This document shows, piece after piece, positions 22,938 through 35,414 of a stretch of 45,833 nucleotides of DNA. The stretch lies in NCBI GenBank assembly GCA_904063045.1, contig CAJFCJ010000066.1, positions 16,450-62,282 on the forward strand, in the 5' to 3' direction. A program made the translations under genes and the position numbers. The notes under the pieces were generated by a model that saw only the letters and a list, made by a program, of their open reading frames with translations, was not told the DNA's origin and did no database searches. How positions within the stretch are numbered: position 1 is the first letter of the stretch; every line of letters starts with the position of its first letter. This DNA comes from Dimorphilus gyrociliatus (lineage: Eukaryota > Animalia > Annelida).

Positions 22938-23930
22938 AGTCGATGAATGAGTAGCGAGTGTAGGTTAAAGCTATTTCCACCAACTTTACTTAATATACAC
23001 ATTAAAGATTTAAGGTATATACTAGTAAATATAGCAGTAATAATAAGTAATAACGTGTCGAAATAATAAAGGGTAATTAAATACAGTTAGGTTTAAAAAT
23101 ATATGTAACGTAAAGTAATTATAAAATAACGTAAAGGGAATTTGGCTCACTGCCAAATTTAGGCGATGTACCCATCGACTACATATATATAGATTATCCT
23201 CCAACTGCTCAACTGAAATTGTCCTTAAAAAAGAGACAGGGATCCATACTTGACTTTTATAGAGAGTGCAATAAAATGGGATTAGATGAGATAGACGAAA
23301 CGCTAAATTATACTTTCAAAATTTGTATCTATATAAAAGAAGATTTATGGTGTTTTGGATTATCATCAAACTAATTGAAAATCTCTACTAGAATGCTGTT
23401 TTACTTATAAATATTCAATATTTATGAAATTTTGTTAACCATCTCCTTCACTATTCAATACATGTTCCGATTTAATTGCATCTACATATTTAAATATATT
23501 TTTTTTATGCTGTTTTGGATTAATTGGCATAATACTCAATATTATTTTACCCTTATCTTTCATATTGCTGTTATGAAGAAGATGGATAAGATCATTTATA
23601 TTATGATGTCATTCTCTGATCTTTTTGTCAATTTATTGGAAGTATAATATAAGAAACAACTTCCATCTTAACTTGTTGCCATGACTATAATTTTTGTTTT
23701 AAATGTGAATTGAATATTTAACATGATATTTTTTACTGTAAATCTCATTTTTGATTATTTTCTTTATTTACTAAATAAACAGATAAGGCCACAGTTAACT
23801 TCCCTGGAAACCCAAAACAAATGAAACAAAGTTGTAGTTTTCCTCAACATCAACTGATGCATAAGAACAACCACCATAAATCCTATTAAATCAAGATGAA
23901 GGGACTCTTCTTCACCCAGAAGGAGGAAGT

Positions 23931-26900
23931 TGTACAACTTTGGTCATATTTGATGCTTGAACTATATTACATGATACAACTTATACATCTAACTCTGAAA
24001 ACCTACACAAGAAAATGCTACATCATTGGCCAAACACAGGGCTGATTAGTCAGCTTGAAGGCTTATCTTTAATTACCAGGTCATCTTCCTGCTTGCTTCA
24101 GTATTATTATTTTGAATAAACTGTTTTAATTTAAACAATTGTTTAAAAGGTTCTAGTAGAACCACTATTGTTGTAACTTGCATAAGCATAAATAATTTTA
24201 AATTCAACAGCATAAAACTTTTGCATATACTCTCACTAAAAATAAACATGAATGCTAGAGCATTCACCTATTGACTTTTACAGAGGGCGTGATCACCACT
24301 AACACGTGACCCTTTATATACAGCGCATTTCTATGATTCACTCTTTATATTGGAATAAAGTATATTTGTAGCATTTTGAAAGTGTGACGAGACATCGAAA
24401 GAATAACAGCTTGAATAATAGTAAAGGTAAGAATTAAAAATGAAACAGTAATGGATGATATCTTAAATTATATCTCAGGTAAACTGTACCTGCTTTTAAT
24501 TGATTTGATCTATATATACCTGTGTACTAATATACTGTATAATTGACAAAAAGTGAATATCTACTGCCCTATACTAGATATATAGTTAGAGGTTGGAATT
24601 AAAGTTGAGAAATCATAAATTTGTGGACATTTTTTACCGACTATACACCCCTATATAGTATATTTCGATTAGTTTAATTACCAGTTTTCTCTACTAGTTT
24701 ACAAATTTTGCTCTGTTAGATTCTCTTCTCAGAATATCTAAGATGTAAAAAAAAAATAGAAGATTTAACAAAAAGATAAAGTTGTGAAAATAATTGTATT
24801 GAATATGTGTCATAGAAAAAAATGAGTAGGGGATTTTAACATGAAAATAAGAATGTTTTGACTCATCAACAATAAAAGTTTGCCCTCATTCAATTAGAAA
24901 TTAACATTTCTATAATTTTCAACCTGAAAACTGATAATAACAAACTATTGATTTCATAAAATGAACAGAATATTTAATCAATTTTTCATCATTCCAGGAA
25001 AAATCCATAATATAAAAATATGGCGGTTATAAAGAGAAATATCTGTGCGATACTCATCTCTACAATTTGTATACTGAGTAGTATCATCTCTTCTTCAGCA
25101 GGTATCTTTATATTTATTTGAATTATTTCAGTATGGGCTTCATTGAATGAATAAAAAAGCAACGGTAATATTTCAGTTAAATTCCACTCTTCTCCTACTT
25201 ACGAAGCTTTTAAACTTGGAGATAAGATAACTGTAACTTATAGTCTCACTGGTAAATATTCTATTTTTAGAATTTCATTCAATTTGTTATCAGTGTCTTT
25301 GTTTTCTAATTAGATAAAGCAAAACTTCGATTGGAAAATCTTTTTAATAATACTTCAGAACTGATGTATGAAACTCCAAACTTTGAATCAAAGTTCCAGA
25401 ATAGGTGGAAAGCCACACCTGGTGTAGAAAGTTCCAGTTATACATTTACTGTAGACAAATCAAAAAAAGTGAGTAATCAATGATTCATACTTTCCCTGGG
25501 TTTTTTTTTCTGTTAAATTTAAATAATTGAAACATTGATAAATAAAAATAGACTGATGGCATGCGAATTAAGGCTTCTATTGCTGATGGAACTAGTACTG
25601 ATTCTGTAGAAACAGGAATAGCCATTTATGGTAACAGTTTTTCTTTTACCAACTAATATCTTCACTAAGGTTAAATTTGATTTTTCTCAAAAAACAAAAT
25701 ACAGATTCAATTCCAAGAATCATAGAATATCCAAAAGATTTTTCTCCTGAAGAAGGTGAAGAATTCATGTTTTCGTGCGAATTCAATTATTGGGGATCAG
25801 GACACTCTGAATTTCAGATATTTTTAAATGACAAAAAAATACATTATAAATTTAGTAAAGTCATTTTCATTGATGGATTGATAACTCTTAAAGCTAATCT
25901 TAGTGCTTCTAAGGAAATGAATGATAATAATATCTATTGTCAACTGAGTTTACATCGAACAGATGGAAAATCTTCTTTACACTTCAAAAGTCAACCTATA
26001 AAATTTCAAGTTCTTTGTAAGTTTTAAATGATTGAATGAACTGTTGAGTACAGATTCTGTTTTCTGCAGATAAAGTAAATGACATAAATATTAGTTCTGA
26101 AATTGGCAAGACTGAAATAGAACTTTCCTGTTCAGCAGTAGGAAATCCACCACCAAAATACGAATGGAGAAAAGTAATTAATAGAAAAATGTTTCTTTTT
26201 TTCTAATTGCAACAAAATCTAATTATCCTACTTTTTTTCAAGAAATCATCCGATAAAATTCTATCAACAAACACCAAAATGAAGGTTGAAAAATCTACTG
26301 ATGAATACAAATGTACTGCCTGGAATGAGATTCGTGGTACAAAGAATAAATTAACCAAAAGCATATCTTTATCAGCTAGTGAGTTTTTTCAAACACACAA
26401 ACCATCTTTGCTTTACATAATGCACATTTCATGTTTTCTTCCTTTTAGATGGCGCATCACAAACAATGAAATTTGACAATAGTCTTTTCTACTTAATGTT
26501 TATTTTGCTACTCATAATTGTTCAAGTTTAGAAATGAAAATTGTCATTAAATTGCTGCTCAATTGAATGCAAAGGGAAACTGTATTTATAATGTTTTCAC
26601 CATAAATACTTTATAAATGAAATTATAGGATGTAGGGTTAAGGTATTTACCAAATTTAAAAAATCTTCTTGAATATCCCTTTCGTAAAATCTCCATTAAT
26701 TTCATCTCTTTCATTGTTACAACCAATTGGAGATTCATTGGTCTTGGTGGAGAAATGATGTTTATTACTCATTTTTTGCTATGTTAACAAACTGAACTAC
26801 ACTTTTCACTAAGTGAATAATTTGATTCATGTTTACCTTTAGTAACAGTTTATCTCAAAGTTTTTATAGATATATTCCTAAATGTTTGTCTTTTATGAAA

Positions 26901-27573
26901 ACTAATTGAATGATAACTTGGCGAAGAGTTAATGTGTTTTCCTAATTGGTTTTTAGACAGCATATGTAGTTGGCCTATAGTAGTTTAGAGTAAAATAATA
27001 TATATAGGTAGGTTGTACAAGATGTATATCAAATCAGATTCCCTTTGCAATTCGGCATTTAAATCATATAATGAACTTTTTGTGATCATGTTGTGATCAA
27101 GGCTTTTGTTGAATATTTCCATCCATCCTTCTTCTTAATAAATATTGTTGTATAGCCAAGAATCTGTTTTCTTATATTTTACTATTTATATATTTATACA
27201 AGAGTGTTGAAATTTATTCTTTTATTTTTCTAATCACTGTTTGAGATCAATGATATCCACACCCCTGGACTTTAACATCTGCTGAAATTTGCTTGATTAC
27301 TTTCCAACGGTATTTTTCAAAATCTAGAACAACTTTTCTTGGAGTAGAATCATTCATTGATTGCAAAATTTCCTGAAAATATTTTGTATTTAATCTACTA
27401 ATTAAGTAGAAAATTTTATACCAAGAGTACTTTTTTATATACCAGTTTCTTCTTGATACCATTATCAGTCAATTGTCTTTTTCTGATAAAATCTTTTCAA
27501 ATTATCGCTATGTTTTGCTATCGGATGCGACAGAAAACGTCCACAAATGAGAAATTTCAAGACAAAATTTTGG
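23931..27573 (+). repeat. Right arm of large palindrome (partner 18638-22125)
   Basis: As for the left arm; carries an extra segment of about 150 bp near 24040-24190. Confidence 0.97.
25020..26531 (+). CDS. Predicted GPI-anchored three-Ig-domain protein, copy R, 341 aa (exons 25020-25101, 25177-25251, 25314-25468, 25552-25630, 25705-26016, 26070-26173, 26243-26378, 26449-26531)
   Basis: Seven GT-AG introns give a 1026-nt frame; D2 FSCEFNYWG..IYCQL, D3 LSCSAVGNPPPKYEW..YKCTAWN; ends in hydrophobic LFYLMFILLLIIVQV with no cytoplasmic tail. Confidence 0.92.
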
Positions 27574-27729
27574 ATTGAGAAATGGTTGGGCAGAAGAAAA
27601 CAGTAACTGATTTGTACTTAAGAGGGTCTCCCCTAAGGGTTAGGGATAATGGAAAAGATTAGGTACAGCTAAGGGCTGGGTTACGGTTAGGGTAAAAGCA
27701 CTCATTTATGGACGTTTTCTGTCGCATCC
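27523..27729. mobile_element. Complete 207-bp MITE, 29-bp TIR (1 mismatch), 3-bp ATC flanking duplication
   Basis: GGATGCGACAGAAAACGTCCACAAATGAG ... CTCATTTATGGACGTTTTCTGTCGCATCC; ATC at 27520-27522 and 27730-27732. Confidence 0.9.
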
Positions 27730-27959
27730 ATCCCAGAGTTATTGCTACAACTCATAATAAATGAAGTCGAAGTTGTCTGAAAAGGGAGCTTTATGCAAAT
27801 TATGCATTATTGGGTGTACAATGTTGTGTTGGAATTGTAGAAATTTCCTTCTTGTCCCAACCATAGTCATCCTTACCACTCATTTAATAATGCATCAAAG
27901 AACTGATCCAAATAGAAATCGATCTCCAAGAGTCAAACTATGTAAAATAAGATAATGCT

Positions 27960-28330
27960 AGCTGACAGGATGTCGACATCCCATCATACAAACTTGGTAG
28001 CAAATGTGGATTCTTCTTGATAACCTCAAAGCAGTTCTTCTTAATTTTTTCCAACAGTTCATCCTCTGACTAGAACTGTGGGCTATCATAGACCATTGTT
28101 TTGGTTGGGTTTCACATATTCTCAATTGGGCTCAGGTCAGGGCTCCTTGCTGCCTAATCAATGGGCTTGACGTTCTCTTTAAAGGCCCGTTTTTGTTCTT
28201 CTTGCTGTATGACAACCAGCATTGTCTTGCTGGAAGGTGTACTTCCTGCCCATTTTTGCTACAATCTCTTCCTGACATGAAGAACATTTTCCACAATGAA
28301 GGAGCTGTAGTTTTCTGCATTTAATCATCT
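27960..28330 (-). mobile_element. Tc1/Tc3-like transposase remnant
   Basis: YTFQQDNAGCHTARRTK and RSPDLSPIENM* with frameshifts. Confidence 0.85.
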
Positions 28331-29118
28331 CTTTATCCTCAAGACTTCAAATACACTGTCCGAAATCGTCAATCCTAAAGTCATTTTTTTTAATATTATG
28401 TCAATTTATCTCTTTTGCTATATAAATTTAGACCAAAAAGACTACTTTACAGTGAACAAACAATTTTAACCATTAATTAAAATTTGGCCTATAAGAATTT
28501 ACAGTATTATTTTCAATTACAACTCTATTAAACATTTTCTAAGCTTTAACTTGAATTCAAGTCAACTTTAACAGAATTATAACTTTGTTCAAGCCTCATA
28601 TTAATATATACATACTACTCAGCTTGAACTGGCTTAACGCTATTCCTCTTAACCTTGACCCTGAGTGAAACATATTTCGAGATTATTCGTTATTATAGTA
28701 AATCAATGAATATATGTTTATTTTTTATATTATTATTTTATAGAACTCAGTGCTATTTTACTTTGTAAAATCTTTCGAATAATCATCCCAAGACTGTTGA
28801 TGTCATTCATTTGCAATAGGAGTGAATTGTCGGAAAATAGATGTCTAGTGAGCATGTGAAATTTCCTTGTTTGTGGCTATTGTAAAAGTATTAATTGAAA
28901 TTTTTAATTGAGCGATATTAGAGTGAGTATGTTAAATAGAAAAAAAAACCTCATAAAATATATCATCCATCACAAATTTACCATTTAAAGAGAGCTTGAC
29001 ATTATGCAATTCCAATAGTACTTTTGAAATGAATTTTGAAAACCTAACGGAATGATATTATTTCTTTTCAAAAGGCCTATAAAATGTGCAACTAGAAGAA
29101 AAATGAAGAAAGAAAGGT

Positions 29119-31389
29119 TTAGGTTAAGGTAAATGAAAAATATTTTATTAACATTTCTTTTGATTTTCTTCTTCGACTGATTTTATTAAATTCAATCTGT
29201 TTTGAATAATTCAAAAAGTTGAACAATGACAATTTTAGAGGAAATATGAAAATTATAACAAACTTTTCCAGCATTTCAGTTATCGTCTTTCATTCTAATA
29301 TTCGTTATTAATGAGAGAATACCTGTAGGTTTTTAAATAATTAAGAAACTAATAGTAAAGGACTTATTGAGCTTATGCGCATGCGCAATAATTTCAAATA
29401 CTTACCTAAAATTGATATTGGTGTCCATATGCCAATATTTGTAAAAGCTAGAATAAACATACTAACTTTGAAGCTGACTGATGATTTGGTTTTCTTTTGT
29501 GAATGTTTTGCCACGGACCTCTTTATAACGATAACAATTTGAGTATAAAGAACACGGATTACAACTCCTGATAACAGCATGTAGACACCAAAGGAGAAAA
29601 ATGAAAATATCCAACCATTAATTCTTTCACTCCTTATAAAGATATTAAAACAAATTGGCGTTTGATTATGAATGTTCTAAGAAGAAGAAGAAGAAGATCA
29701 TGATGATATTTTCTCAATAAAAATCTTACCTTGTTCCAAATTGGTGGAAATACAGAGATACTCAAACACAAAAACACCATTGTAAACGTGACGTATTTTT
29801 TATATTTCACCACAAGAGACTGCTTTAGGGGAAATACAACGGCTTCGTATCTTTCAACGGTTATTAGGAGCATACTGGTTGTTGAGAAAACTGTTGAAAA
29901 CGTTAGTAAAGTACCTATAATTGTACAAAATGGATTATTTTTCCATTTATTATCATTTTCCAAGTAATTCCCCAGGAAATAGGCGTCAACTATTGCAATT
30001 GATAAAACATAAAATGAGGTTAAAAGGTCACTAAAACATAATATTCTTGTAAGATGCTCAATTTTGAAATACAACCAAATAATCCGTAAAACCAATAGAT
30101 GAACTTTTTAAACAGTGAACTAATCAAATCCGAACACGTAGTGAAAATTGATGAAGATGGATGACAAATTATTCTCTTATCAATATATCTCCACAATTGG
30201 CAACATAAATTAAAACTTTCTCCAAACACGTACTGAATTGATAAAAATCCTTGTACCATATTTGAAATTTGATCATTCTCTATTATCGTCCTATTCATAT
30301 GAAGAACGCTTAGACGAGTCGTTTTTGAAAATGTACTCTGGCCAATTGTTTTTACGAAGCAGTCGGCCATTTTTAAAATATTTAAATTAGGTGTATTACT
30401 GAAAATGTCTAAATTTAGAAATTGGATATTTGTTGATGAAATATCCAAATAGTTTAAGTTGGTTGATTGGAGATTAATTAGGAATGATAGAGATTTTATA
30501 GGACTATTTGATAAGATTAGTTGTTGAAGGATTAATAGAGTAGTATTGAATAATAGATCTTCGTTAAATGGTTTATTTCTTTCCAATGATAAATACGTTA
30601 AATGAGGAAGATATTTCAACATATTTTCATTTAAAATCCAACCATTTTTCATGATTAAAACATTTAAATTTAAATTTAACGTTGAAAAGTTAAATAAATT
30701 TGAATATTCAGTTAAATTTGATATTGTAATCTTCCTAAATTGAGCAATGTCAACACTATGAAATATTGAATTATCTATTGAACTTGATTTGAATGAACAA
30801 TTTAATGAAAATACGTCGGTTTGTTTACAAAATTTAGATAGTTTTTCGGGTAGAATTGGAATTTTACTCACTGTCTGTGAAAGTCTGTAATAGTGACAAC
30901 GGATGTTGGCAAATTTCGTCACTTCCGTCATAACAATTCTTTTCACTATCGCAAACCTGATACTTTTTTATGCATTGATGATTGTTACACAATCTGTTTG
31001 GAAAGTTTCAGACAAGTTATTATCATTGTTCGCTTTATTCCATTTGATTCATTTACATTTCATCCTTGCCGCAAATTTCTATTGCTGAAGAAAAGTGGAA
31101 AAAGGATGATAAGAAACTGTAAAGACGGAACAAAGTATGACAAACTGCAATATTTTTCGTCCGAACCGTCCGCGCAATCCATTTGGCGATTGCAAACTAA
31201 AAGATAATTTATCCTTTCGCTATTATCGTAGCATAGGAATTGATATTGATAGTTTTCTTGGCAATTTTTCTCATCTTCCTTTAAATGACAATCAAATCTT
31301 CCGTCACAGACATACGCCATATTTATATACGTTCGTTCACTTTCGCACAAAAATGAACTATTGGGCAAAAGTGATATTTTCCAATTCAA
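29119..31389 (-). pseudogene. LDLa-LRR-7TM receptor (GRL101/RXFP-like LGR) C-terminal part, with several frameshifts
   Basis: LDLa [46 protein letters not shown]; LRRs; hinge LCCQL..TCSDLI; FSDLL; ITVERY; TM7-like FVIIFIFPL. Confidence 0.85.
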
Positions 31390-31399
31390 AAGCGAAACA

Positions 31400-34300
31400 A
31401 TTGGTTGCCTTTGAGGATCTGTTAGGTTTTGTTTTCTTTTCTTTTATCTATTTTCGTATTGAATATATTTCTTTTTTAAAACTCAACCCCGTTTTCTTTG
31501 ACAAACAATTCTATTTGTTTTTCTACTTGCGCAGTTTATACCTTTTATATAGACTTTCTTCTCTAAACCATTGGATGAGTGAACGGTATAGCATAGGCTT
31601 GATGAACACTGTTCAGTTTGGTGAATTCTACCAAGGAATCTCTTTTTAGCTCCGTACTTCTGAGGCTATTTTCATACAGATTAATTGATGATTTAATCAG
31701 TCATTTTTTTTACAATTCTTACTCACCACTCCAAATAAAAACTTGGGTAAATCCAAACTAATATCACTGGATGTTGTTAAAACAGTTACATTCTTTACAT
31801 TCTTTCTTATTCTAAAATCTAAATTAAAAAGTGTTTTTTGAACGCGAAATTTTGAAAGTTTAAAAATGTTTTTGCATTACGTTGATAGGCTATTGCACGT
31901 GAATTTGTATGTCTCTTCTTCTCTAATCTTATTTTGAAAATACTATCTAAGAATAGGATTATAAACGACTGATGAAGAGACGGAAAATCTGCCATTGTCA
32001 TTTCATTGTTGACACATTTTTCACCAGCTTCAGAGGGAGAAATTAAATACCTTTCGGATAATAGAATATAGCAAGTATGGTAGATAATCACTGCATTATC
32101 TCCAGTACAATTTACACTCGGAGACAGTGAACAGCTGATTAAGAACGGAAATCTATCTAACAAATTCCGTCTACAAACAATACGGAAATGTTTCTAAAAT
32201 AAAGATAATAAGATGACCTTCCGCCTACTTTGCAGTTTTAACTGTACATTGTCGGAAATTCTTTGCAGTTTCCGGGCATAGCATAGTTTCTAATGTTTTA
32301 CTTTTCTTGGTGTCTTTTTCAGTTGTTACAGCGTCTTCACGACCTCCTTTCCTTATTATCATTCCGTAATTAAACCCAAAAAATGAGCATATTTTCATAG
32401 TTTCTTTATTAAGCATATATTGAAAATTCAACCAGTAATCATTAATAAAAATTTGCGGTATGCCTGAAAAATGTTTCAGCTCTTTTTCTCTTTTAAATTG
32501 GTAATAGAAATACAAAGATGGCATCTTTTTATTATTTTTTAATCCAAAGGCTAAGAAAACAAATTGATAGAGAGAGAAAAGTTTATTTTCTATTTACTAT
32601 GCTCAATTGAGCACTGCTCACTGACTCATATTATGGAATTTCTCAACGCAAATTGGTCGAACAAGCCGCAGTTGCAATACTTTCTTACGTCTTAAACTTC
32701 TTGTAATATTGCATAGAGAGTTTTTATTGCAAATTTCAACATGATATATACCCTGCAACGGTAACCGGAAACGGAAGTTCTATTTTAAAAAAAACAAACA
32801 AAAAATATTTATAACAATACAAATTACTCTTTTGTAAATAGTTGTGTAACTGCAATAGTCCATTATTGAAGATATAGCTTTACCTATAAGCTCACACAGT
32901 ACGGATGATCTGTCCAGTACATAACGTACAAAAGGATAGACTACACCTGCAGTCTTTGAATTGAAAACATATAAATTCTTTAATGATTTTATATAGGATG
33001 GCGGAACGTGGTCGTTTGCAACTTTTGTTACTGCAAATTCTGCAATTAGAGGAGGAATTGTTTAGAATTAATTCACTTAGTGTTAGGATTGTTTATCTTT
33101 CTCTCTCTCTCTCTCATTTTAACCTTTTAAATCCTCAAGCCTACATAAAACAGAATGATAAAATTTCTTTGATGGTTCAACTAATGATATGTTAAAATCA
33201 TCATTATTCCATATGGCATAAATGAACCGTCTCATCTGAAATACTTTAATTTTGTGATTGATAAATAATGACGCTTCGCATAAATTCCTTTTATCTTCTT
33301 TTCTTTTAAATACTTTAAAAATTGTTCCATTTTTTCTGGCAAACAAGTTATACTTGTCTCCACTTAAATGTATTGCGTAATGATCTAAAAGAGTTCAGGG
33401 TAAACACTCTCTGTGAACTGTCTTTTTACCTATTTGGTTTAATAAGTGTAGATATTTACAGAGTACATGAAGTTTAAAGCATTTTACTGATAGTCCATTT
33501 GTCACTGTTACACTCCTACCAACACTTTTTTATTGGGAAAAGAAGAGAAATAAGGGTTAAAGTCTCTTTTTTTAGTTAAATGCGTAAAAAGTAACTATAT
33601 ATACATAGTTCCAAGATAAAAACTTTGAATTGCAGATGATAGCAGTTGAGCATTGTTTACTTTTAAGCATTGAATTGTGAAATAATCGTCAAAACCAAAC
33701 GCTTTACATACATTTTTAATTATATCAAAATATTGAAATTCTAAATCTAAACATTGAAAATTCCTAGCAGACGTTTCATTTTTAAATATTGTTTGCAATA
33801 TTCCAATAGCGAATTTGTCGGCATTTTGAATGATGTCATATGACCATTCAATATCCTTCAATTGATAAGAGACAGTCGCTGTATAAAAAATATCCATCAT
33901 CTTCCTCAATTTATTATAAAGATAATTGAGTACCGTTTTCCACTTTTGGTAGACAGATTGCTTGTACAACTAGAATTTTTCTCCCTTTCCATCCATTTTC
34001 AAATTGGCAATTGGCGGTGAATCCGTTTTCCAAGACGCAATCCGTGATTATTTCGTACTTAAACTAACCGAAAACAATAACAAAAATACGAAATTATTTG
34101 CCTTTCTGCAAAAACAATTTTTTAAAAAACAAAAAAACTAATTATTACGCCCTGAGTCTTTTCTTCTCCTGTACAGCTTGCTAGACCACTTCCTCTTCCG
34201 GTATAAAGTTGGCAAAAGTATAAACATGCAACATATTCTCCGATCTTAATATCAAAGATTTCTGTATAGGCCTTTAAAGATTTCGAAAGAAGATAAAAAC

Positions 34301-35282
34301 TGGATGAATAGCTTTTCTTTACGAGGAAAGAGTAGATCAATCTGGTTTGTATCACTTTTAAATCTAAAATTCATTATTATATCTCATTAAACATTTGCCA
34401 TCTGACATTTAGACATACCGTCTAATTCTTGATAGGTGCAAGTTTGTATTGTATTATTCGAATTGTTTGTCAATACGTAAATGTCATTACTGTGTTTGGT
34501 GGAACGTAACGATATTAATCTTGTGGAATTAATCTTTCTTTTCATTCTAGACGGTAATTGTTTTATAGAAAACAATGATTTTTTACATAAAATATCTTTT
34601 AAATTGTCATTCCTTTGAAAATTGTAAATGAAACCACGAAATCTCATTAATAGTCCATACACATTCTTTTTAATAGGCTGACCAAAAATATCTGTTTTTT
34701 TAAAAAAACAAAAAACTAGGTCATTGATAAAAGCAAACTGATAACATACAATTTATGTTCTTCTTAAAGCATTTTAATAATAAGACCCTATTTCTTGTAC
34801 AGGTTCTTTTAGGACTAAAACAAAGAAAAGAAAAACAATCAATCAATCATCTATCCATCTCTCTCTCTCTCTCTCTCTATTCAAAATTTAAGATATTTAT
34901 ACAATGTACAACATTTTCCATCATTCAACAGCTTTACAGTGACGCATTTTCTCCTTCTCCTCCAATTTGCAGAAGACTCTGGTGGAAGATTTCCATCACC
35001 AGTTATTGCAAACAGCGGGTCATAGCCCATTTTTCCACAGAGAATATGGTGTTTAGTAGATGTATCCACAACGTATAATTCTTTATGGGAAGTGAAATTT
35101 TTAAGCAAAAGTATTCCCAAAGCGTAATTATCTGTTTCATCCGTTAGGCGAAGAATTAATCTCTCTTCTGATATTTTGCCAAAGTTCTTATTCAGAATTT
35201 GTAAAAAGAAGAAGAATAAAACCAAACAGAATTGAAAGAGATAAAAAGACTTTCTCTTCTTGTTATCTTTCTCATAAAGCAT
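31400..35282 (-). CDS. Multi-exon ectodomain region: signal peptide, SRCR-like and C-type-lectin-like modules; probable 5' part of the receptor gene
   Basis: MLYEK..FYLFQFCLVLFFFFL; LRLTDETDNYALGILL..ILCGKMGY; NVCKAFGF; KICSFFGF..LCPETAKNFRQC; HTCYILL..SEAGEKC; exon boundaries only partly resolved. Confidence 0.55.
34856..34879. repeat. (CT)n microsatellite (another near 33099-33116)
   Basis: Direct reading; limits approximate. Confidence 0.8.
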
Positions 35283-35379
35283 ATTTTAAAATAATGATAA
35301 TGATGACGATGATACTCAAATCATTTATTATTTTGAATTTGAAATAAAAGTCTTAAATAACATTATTATTAACAAACAA

Positions 35380-35383
<4 letters not shown>

Positions 35384-35410
<27 letters not shown>
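35384..35410. repeat. (AT)n microsatellite
   Basis: Direct reading; limits approximate. Confidence 0.85.

Positions 35411-35414
<4 letters not shown>

Noticed and set aside
27630-27700. TTAGGG/CCCTAA motifs (also 12470-12485 and 38590-38650) as interstitial telomere
   Set aside because: Only isolated or degenerate units inside MITEs; no tandem array
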